Shown here piece after piece: positions 37,039 to 49,818 of a stretch of 64,000 nt of DNA (positions are counted from its first letter, which is position 1; the number at the start of each line of letters is the position of its first letter). Under the pieces are notes generated by a model. It saw only the letters and a program-made list of their open reading frames with translations. It ran no database searches and was not told the DNA's origin. Origin of the DNA: Fistulifera solaris. Its lineage: Eukaryota. Both the position numbers and the translations under genes were made by a program. The stretch is from contig AP026129.1 in NCBI GenBank assembly GCA_030295235.1, positions 620,001 through 684,000 of the forward strand. Direction: 5' to 3'.

Positions 37039-39530
37039 TTAGTTGTGGAATTTTTTATTTGTCGCCGCATAGTCCTTCATGAGTTGGCAGGGTTCGAATT
37101 GGGGACCGTATTTGTCTACAAAGCCATTCATCATGTCAACATACTTGGCAACGCCCACCTGATCCAAGTACCGGAAGGGACCTCCGCGGAACGGGGCAAA
37201 GCCAGTTCCAAAAACCAAGCCGATATCACCAACCACCGGATCTGCAATGACACCGTCCTCCAAGCATTTGGCCGCTTCGTTCACAAATCTATTTCACACA
37301 AATCAAGGAACGGTGGTGTTAGTAACGAAGCACACTATTCACACATGCTCGAGCTCGTCGAGTTTGCTCCAACTTACCGAGATACTATTCGATCTTGTAT
37401 CTCCTTTTCATCAAGTGTCAATTTCTGTGTAGCAAACTGCTTCACGAACGATTGTACTTCCGGGCTAATTGTTTTCTTGGCATTCTTGCCCTTACCATAT
37501 GTGTAAAAGCCTTGTCCAGATTTCTTTCCCAACCATCCCTTGGCTACCATTTGCTCCATGAGAGTGACATCTCCACCCGTCATGCGTACGCCCAAATCAG
37601 CATTCGAAAGGAACTTGGCGACGTGCGAAGTCACATCAACACCAACCTCGTCTGCCAATGTCACGGGACCGACGGGCATGCCAAAGTTCTTGATGGATTT
37701 GTCCAACTGCTCCAAAGGAACACCATCCCGAACCAAAGCCGATACTTCCACCAAATACGGTCCCAAACAGCGGTTGACATAAAATCCCGGTACGTCTTTG
37801 ACGACAATGCACGTCTTGCCTTGTTTCGTTCCCACATTAAACGCAATTGCCTTGGTTTCATCGCTCGTACCTTCGTGAGGAATGATCTCCAACAAGGGCA
37901 TGTTGGGCACGGGCGAAAAGTAATGCATACCGATAATATTCTCGGGGCGCTTGGCATTGGCAGCAATATCGCGAATGGGAATGGCCGATGTGTTGGTCGC
38001 AAAGACACAATGATCGGGAGTGACAGCTTCCATATCCGCGACAATCTTCTGCTTCAATGTCAAATCTTCAAACACGGCTTCAATGATGACATCTGCCTTG
38101 GAGAAATGCTGTTTCCACGAAGGCGTCGTGTCGGTCAAAGGCACGACACTGGAAAAGTTCTTGTTGCGCTGATAATCGGACATGCGTTTCTTTTGTACTT
38201 TTTTGGTCCAATTGTCGTACAAATACGCCTGTCCGCGGGCGACGGCTTCATCGTTGCGATCTTTGAGTAGAATTTGGGAGTATCCACACTTTTCCGCCGT
38301 CACTTGCGCAATGCCGGCACCCATCAGTCCCGCACCGAGAACCGCCACCGTATCGACTTTACGAAGATTGGGTACTTTGAATTGTTCATCTTGTTTCTTC
38401 AATGCCGTCGTACCTTCAAAGAGTCCAATAAGAGCTTGTGATTCGGGTGTAGCTGCCAACTTGGCAAACTGTTCTCGTTCATTCTTGAATCGTGCCGCCG
38501 GATTCTCCAAACCATATTGTACGCACTGAATGATCGAGAAAGGCGCCGGATAATGTCCATCGGTATTCTTCTTGACCATTTTGTCAATTTGATTCCAAAT
38601 GATCGATCGTCCCATGGACGTATCTTCCAGCAGACGATTCATCCACGACTTTGGCTTTTTCTTTGGTTTGAGTTTACCAGTCGCCAATTGTTCTGCCGCA
38701 TCCATGGCCGCCTGTCGCAATGACGCAGGTGCCACGACCAAATCGACCAAACCCATCTTCTTGGCCTTGTCGGGACGAATTTCTTTGCCGGTCAACATCA
38801 TATCCATGGCATTCTGCAATCCGACTGTCGCGGGCAAGTTTTGTGTCCCACCAAATCCGGGCAACAAGCCTAACTTGACTTCGGGCAATCCGAGTTTGGT
38901 TTTGGACGAATCCGTGCAGACGCGGTAATCGCACCAGAGTGCCCATTCCAAGCCTCCCCCCAAGGCCGGTCCCTCGATCGCGGCTACGAGTGGCAATCCT
39001 TCTTGTTTCCACGATTGAAAGAATTCGACGCCATTTTGAATGAGAGGAATTAGATCTTGTTTGTTTTCAATCTGTTTGATATCAAAGATATCGGCTCCGG
39101 CAATGAACATGTTGGGTTTCGCCGACGTGAACACGACGGCTTTGACGCGCGAGTTGTTGTGAATTTCTGTTTGCCACAATTGTTGGGCTTCCTTGGCAAA
39201 GGCAAAAGAAATGGTATTAACGGATTTACCCGGACAATCAAACTGAATCAAAGCGACGCCCTTGTCGTTAATTTCGACGTTGCGAAAGAATTCGTATTGT
39301 CGTTCGGGTGTAGCGACAAACGGTTTCTTTTCAGTGCTACTGCTTTTAGTAGGAGAAGAAGAAGAAGAAGAAGAAGAAGAAGAGCGGGAAGTCGACTCCG
39401 CCGCAACCGCCGTTGATTGAAAGCGCTGGTCATTCCAAGAAGTCAAGGCCGCAGTCGGAGTGATGCGGGCGGACGTCGCCAGGATCGCACGGTGCGTGAC
39501 ATGTCGAACGGCCGCTCGAGTAATCATCAT
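37039..39530 (-). CDS. HADHA: Mitochondrial trifunctional beta-oxidation enzyme alpha subunit (enoyl-CoA hydratase / 3-hydroxyacyl-CoA dehydrogenase); intron 37289-37377
   Basis: FIAGADI, ALGGGLE, LGLPEVKLGLLPGFGGTQ, VLGAGLMGAGIA, EAVFED, FATNTSAIPI, GMHYFSPV, GFAPFRGGPF. Mitochondrial-type presequence with poly-Ser from (GAA)9 at 39355-39381. Confidence 0.95.
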
Positions 39531-40144
39531 ATCTTGGGGAATTAATTTGCACGAGTAGCACGAAACTCTGGATCCGAAGGCAAGGGAGTTGTAAACAAGT
39601 AGTTATAACAAACAATAGCTTTGACTCCTTGTCCCCTTTTTTGATCCGATGGGTGAAAAACAACGGTGGAGAACAAAGCGAAGAAAAACGGAATCCTTCC
39701 CATCAGAGAGGGTTGTGCCCTGAATACGGTCCGCTTGTATTACCTACATTAACTTATAGTACTTTGATACCAAGAAGAGAATGCAAAGAGCGGAAATTAT
39801 TGTAGATCACGACTGGTATCTTCGTTTCATTCGCGGAAAGGGACGTGGTTCCTTGACATCGTTTTTCCATGACGCGTCCGCGTCTTTGTCGTCTGTCGTA
39901 CTGTACTGGTACTGGTACGCTGCGGTGAGCCAACATTCGTGCCGTGCCGTACGTTAAAATTCTGCCCCCAGTACAAAATTTTACGTAGTTTAAGTTTAAC
40001 GTCCTTTCCCGCAGCGCAGCGCAAACATGACGCCAACAAGACCATGGAGATGGATGGAGCGCTGCCGCTGCACTCCCTAATGAGCTAAAAAACAATCCAC
40101 TCTTGTAAAATAAAAAATACAGTACGCATTCTGATTATTTGAAA

Positions 40145-40342
40145 ATGCGGGCTGTTTGCGATTCTTCATTTCGATATTTCCGTCGAAAGAGGAGGCTACG
40201 ACCTCTTTCGTCGTCCTTCTCCACATTCTTATCATTGCTTCTTACGGCACACGCATTTCTGCTGACTACTACTTCCTTCATTATGACACCTACAATCCGC
40301 TCTTCCACTACGACTCGACTTTATTTGTCTCAAACTCAAAGC

Positions 40343-40379
<37 letters not shown>

Positions 40380-43324
40380 CTACATTTACACGAATCATCG
40401 ATCTCAAATCCTTTCAACAATCCTTGCATCTCATTGATGTCGTCGAACAAACGTGTCCGTTACAAAAATATCGAAGAACATCTCCCGATCGTGCCATCGC
40501 TTGTTGTCCCTTCCACAATGATCACAATCCCAGTTGTTCCTTGACACCGACCTTTTACAAATGCTTTGCGTGTGGGGCCAGTGGGAATGTTTTTCAATTT
40601 GTACAGAATTATCACCAAATATCCTTTGGTCAAGCCCTCCGCATGATCCGGAATAATCCTGATTTCGTATCCATTGAATCGAATGCCACGAATCATCGGG
40701 TCTTGCGGTCGACGCACAACAAGTCGGAACTGCAACAATACTCGTCGGTCGATCGGTTGCGATGGGCGCAATTATTGGCCGGGGCCTGGTTCAATCATTG
40801 TCTCACACAACCAGTCGCCGGCGGGGCTCGTTATTATTTATTAAATACAAGACCGTCATTTACGGCGGGGATTGTCAAACAATGGGGATTGGGGTATGCT
40901 CCCGACGCCTATTTTGGTTCGGGGGATAGGAGTTTGACGGAGCATATGCGGTTGTTGGGATTCACGCCACTCGAATTGGTTGAAGCGGGATTGGCGGTGC
41001 CCACACAAAGAGCACGACAAGCGGCAAAACAAAAAAATACGACAACACTCAAGGATGTTTTGAAATTTGAGAATATTATGGACCGATTCCGAGGACGATT
41101 GATGATTCCGATTATGGATGCCACGGGGCAACACATTCTCGGCTTTGGAGGACGGACTCTTTCGTCCGAGGATTCTCCCAAGTATCTCAACAGCCCAGAA
41201 TCCATCATATTTACCAAGGGCGATTTACTGTTTGGGCAACATTGGATTGCATCCAAGAATAGTACTTCTATCAACTCACCGTCGAAAGCTTCCGCAAAAC
41301 CATTGCTGGTAGTTGAAGGATATATGGATGCCATTTCTTTGTGGGCGGTAGGATTGGGACCGGCAGTAGCAACGATGGGTACGGCTATTTCCAAACGTCA
41401 GCTGGAGTCGGCGTTCCAATTGGTGGACGAGCAACAACGTCAGTTGGTGTTTTGCTTGGACAATGATGCCGCGGGTGTGCGTGCGATGGAACGTATTTGT
41501 CAAAACGGATTCTTGACGGCATTACAAAAGGAATATCCGTCGACATTTGTGAAGGTAGCTACCATGCCATCCGGCATCAAGGATCCGGGAGAGTATGTCG
41601 ATGAACGGTTGTTGGCGAAAATGATGCCAGAGAAAATTGCGGCCGAGTTCGAGACCGATGTTGTTAACCTGGCGGTGGATTGGAGACTGTGGTACACACA
41701 ACGTGTCATTCTATCCTGCAATTGCACTGCAACGGCAGACTTACGGCTAACAATCGATCGAGTTGCCGCTTTCTGGTCGATTTCCATGTCCCCCGAGCAA
41801 AGACAAGGCAATGCGCCTCACGTAGCGAAACAGCTCGCATTGCTCGTGTCATCGAATAAAACGTCGGATGATAAAATGATTTCGATGTTGTGTGAACAGA
41901 TTGAATTGAATCTGGTAGATCAGTCGAGTCGCATGGAACGTTCAAATCAAGCTACCGATGTTGTCGCCAGTTCTTTGACATTAACTCAGCGCATGGCGCT
42001 GCATCAGGATGAAGAATCCGATTCGTGGGCAGCATGGAACGCCAGTCAATCTAATAGAGGCAACTTGGGCACAGCAGTCAAGGAACGACGGCGTACAACG
42101 ATTCGCGCTCGTGATGCACCGAAACAGAAGACGTTGACTCCACATTTTGCAGGGTTTCGTTTTACCAATCCAGCCGATCGCGATTGGCTCGGTTTTTCCC
42201 GCAAAGACCCATACAATAACTACAAACTGACCCTCCGACGACCACCCAGTAAAAGTTATTGGCGAAGGGGCACGGATTATTTAAAGAACCCTGAAGTTTT
42301 GCAACAGCAATCCGTTTACTTCAATTCAAATCGCTATCATGGCAACCAGTTCTTGACCGAAGAAGCCGCCGCGGCGGGATACGCTCGTCCCACTGTCAAT
42401 GACAAGAAAGATATCCGAGCGATGGCCACCTATGGCATTGGAGCTATGCTACGAGTGGATAAAACTCGTGTTGCGGTATCCGTCGAAAACACTTTGCTAC
42501 AAACCCTCGTGCGGAGTCCAACCGCACGTTGTACGCTACGGCAGTTTATCGAAGCACGCCACGCCACGCAATCTACTCATGACGACGTACATAGTGAAAG
42601 TAATATGATCTATTGGTCGTCGCCGGAACGCCTGTGGCTATTTGATATGTTAGTTAATAACACAGATATACCAGCCGACAAAACCCGTGAATTTTTACTT
42701 CGAGCGAAAGCGGTTCCGAATCTTGCCTTTTTGGGTGATGCAACGTCCGACGAAGGTGGACTTGTGCCGGCGACCCCTCAGAAGAACCGTGGAATACTTG
42801 AACCATTCTTCCAGAGTGAATTCAAAAGCCAGAATAGCGATGCAATAGAACAACTCATCGCACAGGAAAGTTTCACAAATTTGCTTCTGCTTACAGCAGA
42901 ACGTCGATTACAAGAAGCCGCTGACGATCCCCCGGAACTGCTCCGACAAGCTGAGCTAGTCAAATCATTGAGCGAATCTGCCCGGCGCCTGAGCGAGCGC
43001 TTGTTTAGAGAATCTATAAAGAGCCAGGAGGATTCTCCTGAAGAAAAGTACAATGCTCTGATGGCCCAAATTAACGAGCATTTGTCGATCCTGCCAGCGG
43101 ATGATCTCTCACCGGAAACACAAGAAGAACTTGATCGCATTGATCGGGACTGGGCTGTGTGGACGGAGAGTTGGGAGAGAGGCGAAGTTCCCGAACCAGC
43201 GACCAAGCCTGCATTAATTGGCCGATTTGTGGAGGAGGAAGATAATGCGAGTCGCGAGACACTTGAAGAGGCACTTGCACGGATTGATAACGATTGGAAG
43301 TATTGGATTGAGAAAGACACTTGA
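40145..43324 (+). CDS. dnaG: Bacterial-type DnaG DNA primase, nuclear-encoded, probably plastid-targeted, with long C-terminal extension
   Basis: CHC2 zinc finger CPFHNDHNPS...YKCFACG, DRFRGRLMIPI, GFGGRTL, PKYLNSPES, TOPRIM VVEGYMD...MGTA...CLDNDAAG, KDPGEY. Hydrophobic segment ending AHA-F at the N-terminus. Confidence 0.9.
40343..40378 (+). repeat. (AAC)12 microsatellite encoding poly-Asn in the DnaG presequence region
   Basis: Read directly. Confidence 0.95.
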
Positions 43325-43891
43325 GATGTCAGAGCTCCCAAGGCTTCGAGGCGTTACTGGGTCAAGCAAACTTACTCTTTAGATTTTGGTGCGAGTTAGC
43401 CTTTTCTAGTCTAATTCCGCACTAAGGTATGACTTGAAAAGAAACGATCATATCTCGTGCAGATAAGAATTGCTTATTTCAATAGTTTTATTGATGCGAA
43501 TTGTCGAACCGTGCATTGCAGTTGCAAAAAAGAACGCAGTGAGCACTTGCTGTTGCAGATATCTCTAGAATAATGGATCGGTCGAAGACACTGATTCATG
43601 ACTGATCCCAGTCACGCTAGGCTACGCGGGCATGTACGCGCGTTACGCGTATGCTGCGTATTTTGCGCGGCTGCGCAATGGCTGACACAGAACACGTTTT
43701 TTTGAGCTCATAATACTGTATTACGTATTACTGTATTGCACCGTCGACCGTCGAAGTGTTGATGGCCAATCAACGACCTGCAAAGCAATAAAAATAGCTT
43801 ATTCTCACTCACTGAAGCTTAATCGAAAGCCCTTGCTGAATTCTGTGGATAGGGAGGTGTGAAGTAAAGACAAATTTTATAGCAAACGAGG

Positions 43892-45325
43892 ATGGCGCTC
43901 ACGAAAAGAATGAAGCGCTGCTATTCGCTTTTCTGGTGGTTCTGAGCTTCTGGGGAAGTGAGGCATTCACTGCTACGCTACGGCCATTATCCACTCCCGC
44001 ACGAACTTCTGCAGCTTTCTTGATTCAGCGAAGACCGTTGAGGCATTTGGCGATGAGTGAAGATGATGACGACGAGGATGGGGACGAACCTTTGTCGAAG
44101 GGAATTGACTCGGTTTCGTGGCTCCCGTCTGTGATGGAGAGTAGTTCGGTCGTTTCGCCAGCACCAAACGCGGAGGATACCGAACTTTTACCGCTGTTCC
44201 CGCTAGGGGGAATCGTATACACACCCAACTCGGAGCACATACTCAACATCTTCGAACCGCGTTATCGACAAATGTACACCGACATTTTGATGAACGGGAC
44301 ACGACGCTTTGTTGTCAGCATGTCGCATCCTTCAGAGCCGGGTCGTTTCGCACAAACGGGGGTTTTGTTTGAATTGAAGGATTTGAAAGAAGTATCGGAA
44401 CAAACAAAAGACCAGATCAAATACATTTGTTCTCATAAAGTTACAAGACGCGTGAAACTGCACCGTGTTCTGAATCCTGAGGCATGGAAAGCTCGTGACA
44501 CGTACTTGAGAGTAGAAGGGACGATTTTGCCCGATGATGACACGGATTCGGATAGTAATGAAGAACCCAACAAAAACGATGTGTATGGCTTCATAACGGC
44601 GGCCATGAGTGATCCACAGGAGAAATCGTTGCGAAAGGCCTTTGCAAAACTGGTCGACATTCAACATGAACTGGAAGAAGATGTACGTTTCACTCGAGCG
44701 TCTGTGCTCACACTCGCCGTAAAGCCGGGCTCTGGAAACGATGGTCTGTGGCAAACAATTCGTCTTTGGCAAAGTTTTGTTGATCAGCGCTTGATGGCAC
44801 GACAAAACGAATTGCAAAAAGACTTCCAAGAAAAGTTGCAAAATTTTTTGAAACAAGATCGCGGTTTAAAAGATGGGGAACTTCCCGGGTAAGTGGAGTC
44901 ATCAGTGAATCTTATTTTTTATTTATGAATTGCTTGGAGCTGAGAACTTTTATCAATCGTTTTTATGTTCTAGTATGATCGGATTTAGTGACTTGACCCC
45001 CGCTCTCCAAAAAGAAGTGAAAGAACTGCAAAAACGTATGGCAGTAGAACTGGAACCCTTGATTCTAGAATCGACACTAACCATGCAAAAGCTTTTGGAA
45101 GCGAAAGATCACTCAGAGCGCCTGAAGCTCATGCAATTTTTTATTGACGCGGAAACAAGGCGATTGACCACAAAGAGAACACTGCAAGGAATGTTCGCAA
45201 CCGCAAGTCTGGATGAAGTGGTCAAAGATGAGTTGCCTCCGAAGGAAAACTCGCCAAAAGAGGAACTCAAGAACTCATCCTCTAGCACGTCCTCGATCTT
45301 TGATGAACCTGATGCCTTTCAGTAA
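43892..45325 (+). CDS. Plastid-targeted LON-peptidase N-terminal (substrate-binding) domain protein; intron 44889-44973; frameshift near 43905-43932
   Basis: LPLFPLGGIVYTPNSEHILNIFEPRYRQMY is the LON_N signature. Signal peptide ending SEA-F. The nearest ATG (43892) needs one added base in an A4 or T4 run to reach the frame. Confidence 0.8.
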
Positions 45326-45360
45326 AATAAAAAATTTTAAACTATTTATTTAATTTTATT

Positions 45361-46576
45361 TCATAGTTCAATGTTCTGCTGCGAATTTGTTCTCTGTTTC
45401 ATCATGCGAAAGAAGGAACTTCACCATGGGGTGATCCGCTCCTAAATTCCGTCGGGCGATCGCAAGAGGGTTGGAAAGTTTGACGCTCTTTGTAGGCTCG
45501 TTGTAACTCACACCTTGTTCCATTAACCATTTTACCATATTCACATGTCCAAATCTCGCCGCTTCGTGGATTGGCTGCCAACCTTGGGCATCCGCAGCAC
45601 GCAAGAGAGTAGGGTTGATAGAAGTGGCGAATTGCAGAGTTGGAAGATCTCCCTTTTGGGCCATAAGTGAAACATCGCGTAAGAGCAACCAGCCTTTGGG
45701 ATTTTTCAGTCTCCATTCCATTTCGGACGGACTGCCTGGTATCAGATATGGTGGAGTTATTTCCTCTACGGAATCAACATTTCCTTGATACGGTTCAAAG
45801 TGAACAAACACATTGGCGAAATATCGACCACGCAGCGGAAAAGGTCGTCCGTGTATGCTCGAATGGCTTTCATACAGTACCAGGTCCCAAGGATCCATCG
45901 AAATGTTGTGAGCAACTCCGTTGTGATCGTATATTTCGAGTGGCCACGGTTCGTCCACATCCTGCGCGACGTTGATGATAGCCGAGCTCACTAGAGGTAG
46001 TCGATCGACATGCGGTGCTAAGATAGATTGATTGTGGTAGATGCGAATACCGTAAACAGAGGTAATAGCCAACTTCATGCCCGTCCATTCCTCCACCAGT
46101 GGGCGGATGGCATCGGCGACTTGCGCTTGTAATGAAGGGCCGCCGATGCGTGAAATATCAATGATTGTACACTCGGAATCCCAATGGTTATGATAGGGCT
46201 GCGCTCTGGCCGCCGTGCTCTGGATCTCGATCGTTTCGTTGCCTTGGTAGCGATCCCAGACATCTTGTAACAGACGGCGTACTTCGACGGGTGCACGCGT
46301 TTTCCAAAATCCTGTCTCGGTGAAATTGTAAACAGAAGACGGTTGATTGGCATTCATCCACAAACGATTGACTTCTTCTCTTTCGCAAATGGTGTTGTCG
46401 ATGAGACGACATTGGGTCATAAACTGATCATATTCGTTCTGTCGGAACAGGGATTTCGATTTTGTGACGGCCCAAAAAGCATCGTCAAAGCAAGTGTAGG
46501 CGAAGCAAACTGACGCTAGAGCAAACAGGATAAGTCTGAGGTGAAAACATAAAATACTCTCTTTTAATAATATCAT
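45361..46576 (-). CDS. Secreted/ER 2OG-Fe(II) oxygenase-like protein with C-terminal ankyrin repeats
   Basis: Signal peptide. YGIRIY...PHVD...YESHSSIHGRP has the HxD...H...R pattern. Ankyrin repeat GWQPIHEAARFGHVNMVKWL. Stop is at 45368 as assembled; the +1 frame ends ...EL* at 45361, resembling an ER-retention signal. Confidence 0.7.
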
Positions 46577-47185
46577 TCTATTGACGACTTGATAAAAGAT
46601 CGATCGAACGTATAATTATTTGAACAACAACAAAATGTGCGCAAGTCTTTTTCATCGCAAATCGCAACGATAGTCAGAAGTGTAGTACGTTTTTCACCAA
46701 GACTCACTTTTCAGTCATGAGCTAAAAACAATCGATCGGTTTTGCGTTCCTCGCCATCGCCGTTGTCGCTCTTATCCCTTCAAACTATGTTGGTCCTTAT
46801 GAAGATGCCGAAAAATCTTGTTTAGTTGCTCTATCATAAGTGACGTCGAAGTTCTTCTTCGGATCGTTTACTTCATATTTTACTATCATCCGAAGTGTTA
46901 GTCGTTTTTTGCCACGATTGCTTTTTTAATCATGAACAAGAATGAGGATGTGATCAGTTCTGCCAATTTCATGCATGCGCGGTCAACCTAACTTTAGTCC
47001 AAGGAAATCACTTACATTACATTTGCGATGCACGGTTCGCTTAATGTAATTCACCATGATGGCTGTCAATAGCAGGGAAATGTAGGTGCAAGCTGCACAT
47101 CTTGCGTTAGACGTCGAGAGGCATGGCCATCACTCAATTAAGAACAAATGTATGCGTTATTTATTGATACAAAACATTTCTATTT

Positions 47186-48965
47186 TCAGTGCCTGCCTTT
47201 AGCTAGTGCGGCCCAATCGATCTCCTCGTCGTCTTCAGTGTTCATCTTCCAATCGCCCGATTTCCTATCGCCCGACGGTTCCATCGAAATGTGACTTGTG
47301 CTGTATGGTTCAAGTCGTTTTGCCACGGCCGTCGGTACCATTGCGCGACAATATGTCCCCGTCTCTCGGTAATCTACAACCTCTACATTTCCTTGTTCGT
47401 GAACTACATTCAGTTCATCTCCTTTCGAGTACGGAAGTAGGATCTCGATGGGGACGAGCAACTGCGACATGGCATCTTCCACCACGGCGACAAAGTCTTG
47501 TAAACCTTCGCCAGTTTTGGCTGACACGGCAACCGTATTTTCACTCGTCGCAGCATCATATTTCAAGTATTCGGCGTCATCAGGTTCGAGCAGATCAATT
47601 TTGTTCAACACACGAACAATTGGTTTATCGTCGACTTTCATTTCTTTCAGTACGGATAGGACGGCCAGTTCTTGTTTTTCCCATGACGGGTTGGAGACGT
47701 CAATGACATGAATGAGTACATCGGCTTCTTTGACTTCTTCTAATGTCGCGCGGAAAGCCGCAACTAGATGTGTCGGAAGCTTCTGAATGAAACCGACGGT
47801 GTCTGTTAACAGAACTTCTGGATGCGTCTTGTATCCTGGCAACTTTACTTTTCGGGTAGTTGGATCCAAAGTGGCAAACAAAATAGGTTCTGCCATGACA
47901 CCAGCACGCGTCAGATAATTCAATAAGGAGCTTTTACCGGCGTTCGTGTACCCGACAAGAGAAAGAAACGGAAGTCCGGTTCGTTTCCTGGACAATCTGT
48001 GCATCGTTCGATGCTTCTGCACATCATCAATTTTGTGTTTGAGAGTAATGATGCGGTCACGCACCAATCGCTTGTCAATTTCCAATTGACTTTCACCTGG
48101 TCCCCTTAATCCCACTCCACCGGCTCCGGACTGTCGTTCCAAGTGCGTCCACATTTTTGTCAATCGAGGCTTCCGATACTCGTGCAGAGCGAGCTCTACT
48201 TGCAATTTTCCCTCTTTGGTCTTGGCGTGCTGAGCGAAAATGTCCAAGATCAAAGCGGTCCGATCAATGACTTTGATTTCTCCACCAGCCACGAGAAAAT
48301 CATCCTGCAATATCTTTTTTGTTGAACGAATTTTCCAAATGCTTTTGTTGTCGAGGTGTGAGTTCCGCATCAAACACAATGGTCGAACAATCGGCCGCTT
48401 TTTGCATCAATTCGTTGGCTTCTTCTACTTTTCCGGTACCAATATAGGTCCGGGGATTGATTTCATTGAGACGTTGCGTGACTTCTCCCGCAATTTCCAT
48501 TCCAGCTGTTTTAATCAATTCGCGCATTTCGGTCATGCTCTCCTGTAATGAAAAAAACGGCTGTTGATCGTCACTTTGCGAACGTCGCGCCGCCGAAAGT
48601 TCCTCCACTCCCACCAAGATACAACGCTCGACCTTTCGTTTGACGCCAAACTCGTCAATGTAGAGACGATCTTCGCGTTCTTCTAATATATCGACTTCTT
48701 CACGGATGGTATCAGAAATGATATCTGACGAAGTATCGAAGGAAAACATATTGTTTTCGTTTTCGTCTAGATCATAAAATCCCATTCCAGTGACACTTGT
48801 ATCTAGTGACCATTCTCCATTGTCTCCATCTACCGGAGACGGTATCCGCGTCGAGGGTGATATGGAAACAAAAAGACTACTCGTTCGACGCGTTTTTGAT
48901 AGAGAAAAAGCTTGTACATGCACAGTGCAAAACAACAGTGCACTCCACACGGTCGTCCAAGTCAT
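47186..48965 (-). CDS. hflX: Plastid-targeted HflX ribosome-splitting GTPase; frameshift near 48317
   Basis: Signal peptide ending [59 protein letters not shown]1 [27 protein letters not shown]. Confidence 0.93.
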
Positions 48966-49093
48966 TCGTTGCGATCGATGCGATGCCTTTTTCAACTTGA
49001 TGATGATTCGTTCCTTCGCAATGTATTCCATGCTTCCGCAAACTCTTGGCTGTAATTGTGAACGGCTCACGGCGTGACTCCTTTGCCGAAAAT

Positions 49094-49155
49094 GCTACTG
49101 CTACTGCTGATGATGATGATGATGATGATGATGATGCTGCTGCTGATGCTGATGC

Positions 49156-49217
<62 letters not shown>

Positions 49218-49218
49218 C

Positions 49219-49252
<34 letters not shown>
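49094..49252. repeat. Long imperfect (GAT)n/(GCT) trinucleotide microsatellite (about 53 units, about 42 GAT)
   Basis: Read directly: blocks of 9, 20 and 11 GAT interrupted by GCT. Confidence 0.97.
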
Positions 49253-49818
49253 CCGTCAATCCTTAATTCTTTTGGAACAAAACAAAAGAAAAAGAAAAAG
49301 AAACACGTGGCCATGGGCGATTTTGATCTTGGACGTCTTTCGGGTGAATCATCATCGTCAAACTGCAGTCTGCCGTCTGTTTTCTCGTCGTGCGGTCGTT
49401 CCGTCTAATGATGATGATTGATTCGTGCGAAATGTCCGAACGCCAGTGCGCTACCAGGTACGACTTTTCCGGGCCGAAATTTTTCTATGCTGTAGAGTAC
49501 TTTCGAGTGGTGGTTTTTCGAATCGCTTTCAGTCTTCTTCTCAACGGACGGATTCTTTTTCCGTTGATGTCATTGTAGAAGCGCAGAATGCTCGCCGGAC
49601 GCGCGAATGCGATTTTCCCCCTACACCAATACGAACACTTCCAGTGGAACAACGCCTGCATCCTGCATCATCGTTACGTTTCCCCGCAATAAGAAGCGCA
49701 AGAAGGAGGGCACGCGATGATGATTTCGTTCTCGTGCAAAATGCCACCGTGTGAATCATCATCAGCCTTTCAATTTTTTTTGTTATTACTCCGGAGTACA
49801 ACATAGCGAGATCAAACC

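Noticed and set aside
29559..48965. clpS, dnaG, LON_N and hflX as a bacterial operon, contaminant or HGT island
   Set aside because: They are interspersed with intron-containing eukaryotic genes and carry plastid presequences, so they are ordinary nuclear-encoded organellar genes.
48877..49421. Poly-Asp, poly-Met and poly-Ser ORFs
   Set aside because: These are by-products of the (GAT)n microsatellite, with no recognisable domain.
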